DNA of 64,000 bases. It comes from Dehalococcoidia bacterium (GTDB lineage Bacteria; Chloroflexota; Dehalococcoidia; SHYB01). How positions within the stretch are numbered: position 1 is the stretch's first letter; every line of letters starts with the position of its first letter. Below the pieces are notes generated by a model. That model was given only the letters and a program-made list of their open reading frames with translations, was not told where the DNA came from and made no database searches. Below, piece after piece: positions 18,965 to 28,245 of this stretch. The translations under genes and the position numbers were made by a program. The DNA lies in assembly GCA_965220155.1 (NCBI GenBank), contig OZ244810.1:32279-96278 (forward strand), written 5' to 3'.

Positions 18965-20530
18965 TCAGTCTGTGATGGGCTCGTTGAACTCGTCTCGAAG
19001 CACCCGCTTCAAGATCTTCCCCATGGGGTTGCGAGGCAGCTCGTCGGCGAAGACTACCGACTCGGGTTTCTTGAAGCTGGCCAGCCGCTGCCGGCAGTGC
19101 TCGATGATCTCGTCAGGTTCGACGGTGACCCCTGCCTTTGAGACTATGACCGCTCGGACCCTCTCGCCCCACTCGGTGTCGGGAACGCCTATGATGGCGG
19201 CGTCCTCCACGCCAGAATGCTCGAGGATGGCGTTCTCCACCTCCTCAGGCGAGATCATCTCCCCGCCGCGCTTGATAATGTCCTTGGCCCGCCCCGCCAG
19301 GAAAATGTACCCCGCTTCGTCCTGGTAGCCCAGGTCCCCCGTGTGCAGGAAGCCGTTGGGATCGATGATCGCCGAGGTGGCCTCTTGCTGTTTCCAATAG
19401 CCCTTCATGACCCGGGCGCCCTTGGCTGCGATCTCTCCAACCTCGCCCCGGGGGGCTTCGTTCCCCTCATCGTCCAGCACGATCACCTCGACGTCCGGCA
19501 GCGGCTTGCCGATAGAGCCCAGACGCTTCAGTTTCGTCTCCATCTCTTCGGGCGTCCCCTCGATGACATGGTCTTCGGGGCCGAGCATGGTAATAGTGGC
19601 CGCCGACTCCGTCTGTCCGAAAGCATTGATGAAACGGGTCCCCGGGAGCTCCTGGATGGCCCGCTTGATCACCTCGAGGGGCATCGGGGCGGCACCGTAG
19701 GTAATCACCTTGAGGCTGCTGAGATCAAACGACGAGAAGCTGGGGTTGTCCATGAGCTGCTTGAGCATCGTGGGGACCATCATGGCCCGGTCGACTCGCT
19801 CATTCTGCACGAGGGTCATCCAACTCTCCGCATCGAACTGCCGCTGGATAACTACAGTCCGCCCCCCGTAGACAGCGGCCATGACCGCCTGAATCCCTGC
19901 GATGTGATACAGGGGGACAGTGAGGATGTTCTTTTCCTCAACGTCGGGCTCAGCGGGAGTCACATTATTGAGGACATACTCGGAGAAGTTCTGATGGGCC
20001 AGCATCACGGCCTTGGGGACGCCCGTCGTGCCGGCGGTAAACATCAGGATCGTCAGGTCGTTGTCATCGATCTCGGTAAACGGCTCGTCGGGCGAGGCCG
20101 TGTCAATGAGGGTCTGGTAGTGCAGTATCCCTTCCGCCGGATCGGTCAGTGAGACGACGTGTTTGAGGCCTGTGACAGCTGTCTTGATCTCTTCCATCAT
20201 TGGAAGATACCGGCTGCCAACAAGCACCACACTGCTTTCGGAGTCGTTCAACATATAGCTGAGCTCATCGGCTCGGGCCCGGAAGTTCAGCGGTACGTAG
20301 ACGGCGCCGACTTTTGCGCAGGCGAAGTACGCCTCGAGGCACTGGTTGGTATTGACATCGATCAGCGCGACCCTGTCGCCCTTTTGCACTCCGAGATCGG
20401 TGAAGGAGTTGGCCAATCGGTTAGAACGGTCGGCCAGGTCCATATAGGTGGACCGCTGTCCTTCGAAAACGATGGCGTCGCGATCAGGACAGATGGCGCT
20501 GGTCACCATGAGGAATTCGCTGGTGTTCAT
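18965..20530 (-). CDS. Acyl-CoA synthetase (AMP-binding; long-chain-fatty-acid--CoA ligase-like)
   Basis: AMP-binding motifs: TAGTTGVPKAVMLAH, YGAAP, and GDLGYQDEAGYIFLAGRAKDIIKRGGEMISPEEVE. Confidence 0.85.
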   Translation of the reverse strand: MNTSEFLMVTSAICPDRDAIVFEGQRSTYMDLADRSNRLANSFTDLGVQKGDRVALIDVNTNQCLEAYFACAKVGAVYVPLNFRARADELSYMLNDSESSVVLVGSRYLPMMEEIKTAVTGLKHVVSLTDPAEGILHYQTLIDTASPDEPFTEIDDNDLTILMFTAGTTGVPKAVMLAHQNFSEYVLNNVTPAEPDVEEKNILTVPLYHIAGIQAVMAAVYGGRTVVIQRQFDAESWMTLVQNERVDRAMMVPTMLKQLMDNPSFSSFDLSSLKVITYGAAPMPLEVIKRAIQELPGTRFINAFGQTESAATITMLGPEDHVIEGTPEEMETKLKRLGSIGKPLPDVEVIVLDDEGNEAPRGEVGEIAAKGARVMKGYWKQQEATSAIIDPNGFLHTGDLGYQDEAGYIFLAGRAKDIIKRGGEMISPEEVENAILEHSGVEDAAIIGVPDTEWGERVRAVIVSKAGVTVEPDEIIEHCRQRLASFKKPESVVFADELPRNPMGKILKRVLRDEFNEPITD

Positions 20531-20756
20531 CGAGGCCTCCTGAAATCTTCTTTCGCTTGAGGGGGCGAGGTCCGGGCCCCTGAGCGGCGGGCATCATCCC
20601 CGGGTACGCGATGGTTACTCAGCCGGACCCTGGCGTTTTCTCGGAGATTGGGGACGACCGGGGGACCGAGAGCGCCTGTCGGAGCGCCGGCCCACGGTAG
20701 TTTATACTGGGGGGCCGCTTGATTCCACCTTACGGGCTGCAGCAAATCAAGGCGGG

Positions 20757-21485
20757 CTATGGGACGCGGCTCATCCACCGCAGAGCGGCGCGCCGCTCCA
20801 GCTCCAGCCCTTGTCCCAGGGTCACGTCAAGCCCTCGGTTGACGGTCTCCTTTAACAGCCGTAGCGCCCCCTGGTCCAGGGAGCATAGCGAGTCGGCGAG
20901 ACCTCCGGCTTCATCAAGCAGCCCGTCACGAGGGACAACCCGCGTCACGATGCCCGCGCGCCTGGCCGCATCTGCATCCATCCGGGCTCCGGTCAGGAGG
21001 TGATGGAGGGCCCGGGACACCCCCACATGACGGGGCAACGTCTGTGTCCCAGCAGCCGCCGGGACCATCCCAAGGCCGGCCTCCGGCAGGCCGAAGACTG
21101 CTTCGGGGGAGCAGAGCCTGAAATCGCAGCACAGAGCGATCTCGAGGCCGGAGCCGAAGCAGAAGCCGTGGATGGCTGCGATCAACGGCTTTGTGATGCC
21201 CAGGAACCGGTCCCAGATGTCGCGCTCGAACCGTACTCGCCTTGCGATAGCCTGCGACGGGGCTGAGCCGAACTCGGTCAGGTCGGCCCCTGCGCAGAAC
21301 GCGCGATCGCCGGCGCCGCGGAAGACCGCGGCCAGCACCTCAGGGTCGGCATCGACGAAATCCAGCGCCTCGTGAAGCTGGTCACGCATCTGGACGTTGT
21401 AAGCGTTGAGCACTCGGGGCCTGTTGAGCGTGACCCAAACGACGCCCTGACGCTTCTCGAGAAGGATGGTGGCAGAATCATCCAA
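20757..21485 (-). CDS. Enoyl-CoA hydratase/isomerase family protein
   Basis: AVFRGAGDRAFCAGADL and AAIHGFCFGSGLEIALCCD. Confidence 0.85.
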   Translation of the reverse strand: MDDSATILLEKRQGVVWVTLNRPRVLNAYNVQMRDQLHEALDFVDADPEVLAAVFRGAGDRAFCAGADLTEFGSAPSQAIARRVRFERDIWDRFLGITKPLIAAIHGFCFGSGLEIALCCDFRLCSPEAVFGLPEAGLGMVPAAAGTQTLPRHVGVSRALHHLLTGARMDADAARRAGIVTRVVPRDGLLDEAGGLADSLCSLDQGALRLLKETVNRGLDVTLGQGLELERRAALRWMSRVP

Positions 21486-21493
21486 GAAGCGGC

Positions 21494-22255
21494 CTACTCG
21501 CCAGTGAAGCGCGGCTGGCGCTTCTCCAGGAACGCCCCGATGCCCTCGGCCCGGTCTTTCGTGGAATGCAACAGGACCGCGAGATCAGCCTCTAGGCGCA
21601 CTGCCTGGTCCAGGGGCATGTCCATCCCCTTCAGCACCGCCTCCTTGGCATAGGAAGCAGCGATGGGAGCGAATTCGGCGATCTCCCGCGCCCTCTCGAG
21701 GGCACGCTGCTCCGCCGATGGGACTGCGGTCACCTCTGAGACAAGGCCCGCGTCCAGGGCTTCTCCGGCGTCAACGCCGCGGCCGGTCAGCAGCATCTCA
21801 ATCGCGAGGCCTCGAGGCGCCAACCGCGGAAGCCGCTGGGACCCACCGTCCCAGGGGAGCATCCCCGATCTCGCCTGGTCCATGGCAAGCGTCGCCCCTT
21901 CGGCCGCGATGCGGATATCACACGCCAGCGCGATTTCGAGACCCTGGCCTGTGGCATCACCGTTGATGGCGCAGATAACCGGTTTGGGAATGCCTGCGAT
22001 GGCGTCGGAGACCCGCCGCCTGCCAAGGGCTTCGGCCGGACCCGGCTCGTCGAACGGGGCAGCCCCCGAGGAGAAGACCGGCCCGGACCCGGTTATGACA
22101 ACCACCCTGACGTTGTCATCCTCGCCCGCGCGGCGGCAAGCGGCCCGGAGATCGAAGGCTACGGAGTCATCGATCAGGTTCTCGGTGGCGGGTTGGTCCA
22201 GGGTGACGACCGCGACGCGGCCATCCGTCCGGTAGATGACGCCGCGGTAAGCCAC
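21494..22255 (-). CDS. Enoyl-CoA hydratase/isomerase family protein
   Basis: GTG start (VAYRGVIYRTDGRVAVVTL) with a GGGAG RBS. Chosen to avoid overlapping the upstream lipoprotein gene. Contains ITGSGPVFSSGA and CAINGDATGQGLEIALACD. Confidence 0.8.
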   Translation of the reverse strand: MAYRGVIYRTDGRVAVVTLDQPATENLIDDSVAFDLRAACRRAGEDDNVRVVVITGSGPVFSSGAAPFDEPGPAEALGRRRVSDAIAGIPKPVICAINGDATGQGLEIALACDIRIAAEGATLAMDQARSGMLPWDGGSQRLPRLAPRGLAIEMLLTGRGVDAGEALDAGLVSEVTAVPSAEQRALERAREIAEFAPIAASYAKEAVLKGMDMPLDQAVRLEADLAVLLHSTKDRAEGIGAFLEKRQPRFTGE

Positions 22256-22257
22256 GT

Positions 22258-22848
22258 CTAGCTCCCGATGGGGTAGAAGGGAACGAAGACCGTTTCCACG
22301 GGGTCCCACCGGAGCTGCTTGGCCTTCATATCCTTGGGGACGTCGAAAACCGTCCAGGCGGAGATCGCGTTGTCTCTGGGGATCTCGAAATCCCCCCAGA
22401 TGAACTGGCGCAGGTCCTCATTCGTTGGGGGACTCGGCTGCAGGCGGCGAGTACTGCCGAAAGGGTTGACTGCGCTGAATTCGTTGCCCTCGTGGTCGAG
22501 CAGCAAGTATGAGTCGTCGGTGACTCGCATCTTCAGCACGTTCGCTTTCCTGTTGTGGACTTGCAGGAACACGAGCGCAAGCTTGCGGTCGTCGTCAGCC
22601 TTCGAAACTGAATACAGGGACCCATCGGTATCCTGGTAGTAGACCGCGTCCTTGTACTCGAGGTCCAGTGCGACAAGGGTCAGGTTATTCCCCTGGCGAA
22701 CGGCGGGGAACGTGGGCTCACCCGGGTCGAACCCCGGCTCGCCGGGCTCAATATCGCCTCCCCCTCCACCGCATGCCGACAGGACCAAGATGGCGCTCAG
22801 CACAACCAGGGTCAGCCGGAGAATCGAGGGGAACGCGATGGACTTCAT
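22258..22848 (-). CDS. Hypothetical lipoprotein
   Basis: Start MKSIAFPSILRLTLVVLSAILVLSACGGGG (signal peptide plus lipobox). Stop lies 2 nt before the downstream hydratase start, so probably co-transcribed. Confidence 0.6.
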   Translation of the reverse strand: MKSIAFPSILRLTLVVLSAILVLSACGGGGGDIEPGEPGFDPGEPTFPAVRQGNNLTLVALDLEYKDAVYYQDTDGSLYSVSKADDDRKLALVFLQVHNRKANVLKMRVTDDSYLLLDHEGNEFSAVNPFGSTRRLQPSPPTNEDLRQFIWGDFEIPRDNAISAWTVFDVPKDMKAKQLRWDPVETVFVPFYPIGS

Positions 22849-23327
22849 CAGTGGTAATTCTAGCGTAGTGCATTCTCCTTGGCATCTCTCGGCACGGGAC
22901 AGGGCAAAAGCCCCTTCGCTCAAAGAACGAACCGCGGGCGTCGACCGGTTGTACGAAGCAGGAACACGCTCGCGAGTCGGATGCGGGCAAGCGGTACCGG
23001 CGCTCTGGTGCCGACACCGGGGAGCGTCGTGCTTGGGCATGTTCACACTAGCTGTGAGGCAAAGGCTTGCCAAAGGCGTGGCGGGGCTAAGGTGCCTGGC
23101 GGGCAGCGTCTTAGATTCCTCGGCTGCGCCTCGGAATCACTATGGCCTTGTGAAGGCCACGTAAGGGGATGAAAACAGGGCGGCGTCCCAGGACCGGGCC
23201 GGAGGCGGGTTTCAAACCCGCCTCTACGAAACAACGGTGCGGCGGTGCCCATTTTCATAGCAATGACGTGGGGGAGCGCTTTTCGTGCAACGCGAGCATA
23301 GTGGAAACAGGCCCTAGTCCCGAAGTT

Positions 23328-24587
23328 TCAGGCCGTGGCAACGGCCTTGGAAGCCGGGCGCCTCGCGAGGGCGATGAGGCCGATTGAAGCGGCAGTGAGG
23401 CCGGCGAAGGTGTACATCGTCGGCGCATACCCGTTTGTGGCGTCGTAAACAAACCCGGCCAGCACCGGGCCGGCGAAGGTCCCCACCATGGTTATGATCG
23501 CCCCATAGCCCGCTATCGTCGCAAAGGACGCTCGCCCGAAGGTGTCCGCGCTGATAGGGTTCATGACAGTCCCCGACCCACCTGAGCCCGTCGCAAACAG
23601 CACGGCGAAGAGGACGATCTGCCAGGCGGCATCAGCGGACGCAAGGGTTATGGAGGCCAGCCCCATAATGCCGGTGGCCGCCATGAAGACCAGACGCTTG
23701 TTGAACCTGTCGCCAAGAGTCCCGGCGAAGAAACGGGAAGGCAGGCTCATGATCCCGAAGAGGCTGAAGTATCCCGTAGCCGCCGTCTGGGATACTCCCG
23801 TCTCTACCACCGCTGGAACGAAGTGAATGATGGTCCCTATGGAGACCATCATTCGGAGAGTAAAGGAAGCATATTGCAGCCAGAACGCCCGTGTGGCCAA
23901 CGCCTCCCGAGCCGTAAGCTCCACTTCCGGGATATGCTCACCCGCGGTCGACTTCTCATGCGCACTACCGCCGTCTGGAAGCAGTCCGTACTGCTCTGGG
24001 CGGCTCTTGACGATCGCAGCCATCGGGAAACCCAAGGCCCAGGCAGCGATGCCGATGGCCAGCGCCGCGCCCTTCCATCCCAGCGCCTCGATGAGGAGCC
24101 CCGTGGCTATGACCAGCACAGCCCCTATCCCCAGGCCCGTGTTGTGTATGCCGAACACGGTTCCCCGCTTGCGAATGAACCACTTGGGGAGGGCCATGGT
24201 AGGCGGAACCATGGCCCCCATACCGACGCCGACCGAGATGAAGGCGAGGAAGTAGACGAAGACCTGGGTCATCGAGGTGGCGGTGCTGAGCAGCACGAAC
24301 CCGAGACCCATGAGGGCGACGCCCAAGAACATGAACCGGCGGGGCCCGTACCGGTCTATCAAAGGGCCGAGAAGCGGAGCGACAAGCCCCCCGTTGATCA
24401 CGTTGCCCAGGCCGGCGATCAGGGCCACCTTGCCAAAGCCGCTGTCGAATTCCTCCTCCAGGGACAGGAAGAAAGCGCTGAACCCGAAAAAGTAGACCGC
24501 TCCGCTGAATGCGCCCAACGTCGTCGCGCTGACGACTATCCACCACCCGTAGTAGACGCCTCTGATGCGATCGATCACCCTTGCCAT
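23328..24587 (-). CDS. MFS transporter
   Basis: Twelve predicted TM helices. MFS-typical loop motif GPLIDRYGPRR between TM2 and TM3. Confidence 0.85.
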   Translation of the reverse strand: MARVIDRIRGVYYGWWIVVSATTLGAFSGAVYFFGFSAFFLSLEEEFDSGFGKVALIAGLGNVINGGLVAPLLGPLIDRYGPRRFMFLGVALMGLGFVLLSTATSMTQVFVYFLAFISVGVGMGAMVPPTMALPKWFIRKRGTVFGIHNTGLGIGAVLVIATGLLIEALGWKGAALAIGIAAWALGFPMAAIVKSRPEQYGLLPDGGSAHEKSTAGEHIPEVELTAREALATRAFWLQYASFTLRMMVSIGTIIHFVPAVVETGVSQTAATGYFSLFGIMSLPSRFFAGTLGDRFNKRLVFMAATGIMGLASITLASADAAWQIVLFAVLFATGSGGSGTVMNPISADTFGRASFATIAGYGAIITMVGTFAGPVLAGFVYDATNGYAPTMYTFAGLTAASIGLIALARRPASKAVATA

Positions 24588-24728
24588 CCGGCGTCACACC
24601 TCCGCCCCGAGGGTAGCCGAGCTCCGGAGCACGGACAACATTCAGGCACAGCTCCACTGGAATCCGGCGGCCCATGCTATGATGGCGCTCCCGGCGGCGC
24701 CCGCCGGAAACACGAGGAGCGTCTTGCC

Positions 24729-25853
24729 ATGCAGCGGAGCACAGTCGTCGATGGCGATGGTCACATCCTGGAGCCCCGGGACCTATGGCAGAAGGGACTC
24801 GGCCACGAGTATCGGGACCAGGCGATCGGGGTGCGATGGAACCCGGAGACCGAGCACGAGGAAACACTTATCGGCGACCGGGTTGTGCTGCCCAGAGGGC
24901 AGGTCTCGGCCGGCTTCGCCCGCCGTCCTTATGTCAACCAGGGGCAGGGCGTCGGCTGGGAGGAGCTGCCGGCAGGCGGCCGTGAACCTCTTCCGCGGGT
25001 CGCAGAGCTGGACCGGGAGGGGATCGACGCCGCGGTGCTCTACCCCACCCAGGGCCTGGTCATTCCCAGCGTCCGCGATCCGCAAGCGGCAGCGGCGGTC
25101 TGCCGCGTCTACAACGATTGGCTGGCTGACTTCTGCAACGCCTCTCCTTCACGCTTGATCGGGGCCGCAGCCGCTCCGCTGCAAGACCCCGAGGCTGCCG
25201 TCATCGAGACCCGGCGCGCCGTCGAGGAGCTCAACATGCGCGCCATTTTCGTGCGCGTGACGGAGTACGGGGACCGGTTCTTCTGCGACCCGGAGCTGGA
25301 CCCATTCTGGGCAGAGTGCCAGGACCTGGGCGTGGCCATCGGGCTTCATCCGGGGGCCTTCGGGGGAAGCTGGTGCGCCGCACTCTTGTATAGGAACCAC
25401 GCTGTCCCCGCCCTCGGCCAGCACCTTTCCTTTGCTTTCGACGCCATGTACGGACTGACCGCAATGGTGGGCTTCGGCATCCTGGAGCGCTTCCCACGCC
25501 TCAATGTGGCCGTGCTGGAATCGGGAGGCGGCTGGATTCCCCATTGGATGGACCGGGTGGACCACTTCACGGGAGTGCACCCGGACGACACCAAGCATCT
25601 TTCCTTGAAGCCGTCGGAATACTTCAATCGGCAGTGCTACATCTCGTACGACCCTGACGAGCACACGCTGCCGATCATGGTCGATCTCATCGGAGAGGAC
25701 CGGATCATCTGGGCCACGGACTATCCCCACCTGGATGTAACGGCTCCGAATACCGTCGAAGAGCTGGTCGACAACATCGAAAGTCTTCCCGAAGCCACCC
25801 AGCGGAAGATCATGGGGGATAACGCGGTCAAGCTGTACCAGCTCGACCGCTAG
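24729..25853 (+). CDS. Amidohydrolase family 2 (PF04909, ACMSD-like metal-dependent hydrolase)
   Basis: Start MQRSTVVDGDGHILEP with a GAGGAG RBS. Motifs DGDGHI, WATDYPHLD and the C-terminal MGDNAVKLYQL. The 676-aa extended ORF in the track overlaps the MFS gene and is rejected. Confidence 0.85.
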   Translation: MQRSTVVDGDGHILEPRDLWQKGLGHEYRDQAIGVRWNPETEHEETLIGDRVVLPRGQVSAGFARRPYVNQGQGVGWEELPAGGREPLPRVAELDREGIDAAVLYPTQGLVIPSVRDPQAAAAVCRVYNDWLADFCNASPSRLIGAAAAPLQDPEAAVIETRRAVEELNMRAIFVRVTEYGDRFFCDPELDPFWAECQDLGVAIGLHPGAFGGSWCAALLYRNHAVPALGQHLSFAFDAMYGLTAMVGFGILERFPRLNVAVLESGGGWIPHWMDRVDHFTGVHPDDTKHLSLKPSEYFNRQCYISYDPDEHTLPIMVDLIGEDRIIWATDYPHLDVTAPNTVEELVDNIESLPEATQRKIMGDNAVKLYQLDR

Positions 25854-25901
25854 GGCTCCGGTCTTGCCCGTACAGCGCTCGGCCCGTACGGCACTCGACA
25901 T

Positions 25902-26285
25902 TTGGCATGGTCCGGCCCGCCTGACGACGCGAGCGCGGCCAGCGCCAGCACGGCCTCGGCCTGCATCAAGGAAGCCTGGCTGCCCCTGGCAAATCATACG
26001 GTCTTGGACCTGTCCGAAGGCGTCGCCGGCCCTTTTTGCGCCAAGCTCCTGGCTGACTACGGCGCCCATGTGCTCAAGGTAGAGCGCCCAGCCGTCGGCG
26101 ACGTTACACGCAATTGGGGACCCTTCCCCAGTGACCGTCCCCACCGGGAGCGCAGCGGCTCATTTCTCCACCTCAACACCAGCAAGAGAGGATACGCCGA
26201 ACTGCTCGGACTCGAGCCGGAGAACATCGAGCGGCTCAGGGAGAGGTGCGTCCTGGGTGAGGTCCCGCTGAATCGCCTCGTCTAG
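25902..26285 (+). pseudogene. Family III CoA-transferase (CaiB/BaiF) N-terminal fragment (~100 of ~400 aa)
   Basis: LDLSEGVAGPFCAKLLADYGAHVLKVERPAVGDVTRNWGPF...FLHLNTSKRGYAELL is the conserved CaiB N-terminus. The ORF stops after 127 aa, immediately before the next gene. Confidence 0.6.
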
Positions 26286-26295
26286 GGATTACTCC

Positions 26296-27058
26296 ATGCC
26301 AGGGCAGCGCAGAGAGCCTCCGATCGTCGTCAGGAGAGACCGCGCCATCGCCTGGGTGGTGCTCAACCGCCCGGATGTTCTCAACGCCCTCTCCTTCGAA
26401 ATGCAAGAGGCGCTACCCACCCTTATGGAGGGGCTCTCCAGGGACAAGGAAGTGCGGGTGTTGGTCCTGACCGGAGCGGGGGACCAGGCCTTCTGCGCCG
26501 GGGCGGACGTTTCTGAGTTCAAGGAGAAGAGGGCCACTCCGGAGCGAGCGCTGCGGCACCTTCAGCTGGTGCAGGCTGCGTTCACCGCCGTTTTCGATTG
26601 CCCCAAGGTGGTGATCGCCATGATCAACGGCTATGCGGTAGGCAATGGCTACATGCTGGCCATGTTTTGCGATCTTCGAACCGCCGCCGATACAGCCAGG
26701 ATAGGTATCACCTCTTCGCGGTTGGGGAGCGGAGGCGGCAGCTCCGGCGAGAGCCGGGTCCGCGGCGCCCTGGCCCCCGTTCTGGACAGTGGGGCGAAAC
26801 CAAGACGGCCTGGACCCCTCGGCCATGCTGGTGGAGCTGGCGGGTCCCGCCAACGCCAAGCATGTCTTGCTCAGCGGCCGCCTGTTTCCGGCTGCGAAAG
26901 CGCTGAGCATGGGGCTTGTAGACGAGATCGTCCCGGCCGCGCGCCTGGAGAGCTGCACGAGGGAGTTGGCCGAGGAGATCGCCGCCAATGAACCTCAGGC
27001 CGTGATGAGGTCCAAGGCATCGATCAACACCTTGCTGAAGTCTCGCATCGGCCGGTAG
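26296..27058 (+). pseudogene. Enoyl-CoA hydratase, frameshifted
   Basis: Frame 1 carries the N-terminal two-thirds (VLVLTGAGDQAFCAGADV...MINGYAVGNGYMLAMFCDLRTAADTARIG). The conserved C-terminus (LVELAGPANAKHVLLSGRLFPAAKALSMGLVDEIVP) is in another frame (26789..27058). The shift lies around 26.7-26.83 kb. A sequencing error cannot be excluded. Confidence 0.55.
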
Positions 27059-27063
27059 TGTGT

Positions 27064-27111
27064 CAGTTTGAGGTCTTGTCTGATAGGAGCTTTTCACGAG
27101 ACCTCAAACTG
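27064..27111. repeat. Perfect 13-bp inverted repeat CAGTTTGAGGTCT...AGACCTCAAACTG with 22-nt spacer
   Basis: Read directly. Sits between the hydratase pseudogene stop and the orphan methyltransferase-like tail. Confidence 0.7.
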
Positions 27112-27224
27112 GAGCACTACCCGAAATCGACCACACTCTCGCCGAGCACTACGGCCTCACGGACGAGGAACTGGGCTTCATCATCAACTATGATATCAAG
27201 TACCGCATGGGGCGGGAGGGGTGA
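27087..27224 (+). pseudogene. Orphan 3' remnant resembling the conserved C-terminal tail of N6-adenine DNA methyltransferase / type IIG R-M-like proteins
   Basis: Open frame with no start codon: ELFTRPQTGALPEIDHTLAEHYGLTDEELGFIINYDIKYRMGREG*. The HYGLT(D/E)EE..FI tail is recalled from memory as the characteristic end of such enzymes. No corresponding gene body lies upstream. Confidence 0.4.
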
Positions 27225-27230
27225 AGGAAC

Positions 27231-27443
27231 ATGAAATGCTGGATCATTTCTTCAGTATTGGCAGTCCTCATCGCGGCGGCCGTGTTGTTCATATTCCCCT
27301 TTGTTCCTGGGATTGGACCGGTAGTGAGCTCAGTGACGAGAATTACCCTAGCGCTGGTCTTACTCCTTCTCGGGTGGGGATTGATCCAGAACACACGCCG
27401 GTCGCGGAGACGACTCTTGAGAAGGAAGGGTGCAAGGCCATAG
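27231..27443 (+). CDS. Small membrane protein (2 TM, basic C-terminus)
   Basis: MKCWIISSVLAVLIAAAVLFIFPFVPGIGPVVSSVTRITLALVLLLLGWGLIQNTRRSRRRLLRRKGARP. Lower GC than surroundings, GAAGGAA upstream. Coding status unverified. Confidence 0.45.
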   Translation: MKCWIISSVLAVLIAAAVLFIFPFVPGIGPVVSSVTRITLALVLLLLGWGLIQNTRRSRRRLLRRKGARP

Positions 27444-27456
27444 GGATGGTGTAACG

Positions 27457-27906
27457 ATGGATTGGGTGAAGAATAATTGGCTGGTAGGTCTATTATTTGT
27501 GTTTGTTATCGCTGCCGTCATAGGGATGGTCTCCCTTATAATTCTTGAGAGAGAAACGTTTGGAACTTCGATAGGATTAGCGATCCTGGCCGCTGCTACA
27601 GCCGTCGTTTCCTTCCTGATACTGGTGTTGAAGACGCCAGACAAAATAACAACAATACGGATCAATCTAATCTGGTTGTCCACTCTGATAGCAATCCTGA
27701 CGTTAGTGTTTGGCAACAAACTTATTGAGTTGGTAATGAACCCTCCTGATGGGAAGGATACGAACACAATTGAAATAGTATTGAGCTCGCTCGTAGGCGT
27801 TGGGATAGGTGGCCTTATCGCTATCGCCGGCCAATTGGTCCAAGATTCCGGCCAAGGTTCCAGGAAGAGCAAGTCCTCAGATAATGACCAAGAGGAAGAC
27901 GTATGA
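27457..27906 (+). CDS. Membrane protein (4 predicted TM), function unknown
   Basis: MDWVKNNWLVGLLFVFVIAAVIGMVSLIIL... in an AT-rich segment. An alternative start at 27430 overlaps the previous ORF. Confidence 0.5.
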   Translation: MDWVKNNWLVGLLFVFVIAAVIGMVSLIILERETFGTSIGLAILAAATAVVSFLILVLKTPDKITTIRINLIWLSTLIAILTLVFGNKLIELVMNPPDGKDTNTIEIVLSSLVGVGIGGLIAIAGQLVQDSGQGSRKSKSSDNDQEEDV

Positions 27907-28011
27907 GAATGATCGACGACCAGGAGGCCATCAGGACATCCACTTTGGGAAGGAGTCGCTAACTATGCAAAGGCGTTGTACATAAGAACAACGGCCCAGC
28001 CGGGAGGCAAG

Positions 28012-28197
28012 GTGGAGATTGCCAGCCCAGAGCTGGAAGCAGGGCAGACGGTGGACGTGGTGATGCGTCACTCCTCAGCGTCAGTAAGGTGGTCCGCTAT
28101 CGACATTCTGGACGAGGCGCCGGGCCATCGCCTCTTGGAGACCGCTGCGGACGTGGGGTCCTATCTCAAGGAAGAACGGGCGTCATGGGACGGTTGA
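28012..28197 (+). CDS. Small hypothetical protein (61 aa)
   Basis: GTG start with a GGGAGG RBS 5 nt upstream. VEIASPELEAGQTVDVVMRHSSASVRWSAIDILDEAPGHRLLETAADVGSYLKEERASWDG. No family recognised. Confidence 0.4.
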   Translation: MEIASPELEAGQTVDVVMRHSSASVRWSAIDILDEAPGHRLLETAADVGSYLKEERASWDG

Positions 28198-28245
28198 CGC
28201 TCCGTGGGCCTTGCCGCCCTTTGAGTCTTGGTGTATAGTAGGTGT

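Noticed and set aside
19217-20152. 311-aa plus-strand ORF
   Set aside because: Antisense to the acyl-CoA synthetase. No motifs.
23823-25853. 676-aa ORF in the track
   Set aside because: Its first ~300 codons are low-complexity (Arg/Pro/His-rich) and lie antisense to the MFS transporter. Only the part from the RBS-supported ATG at 24729 is amidohydrolase-like.
25149-26144. 331-aa minus-strand ORF
   Set aside because: Antisense to the amidohydrolase and the CaiB fragment. Low-complexity translation.
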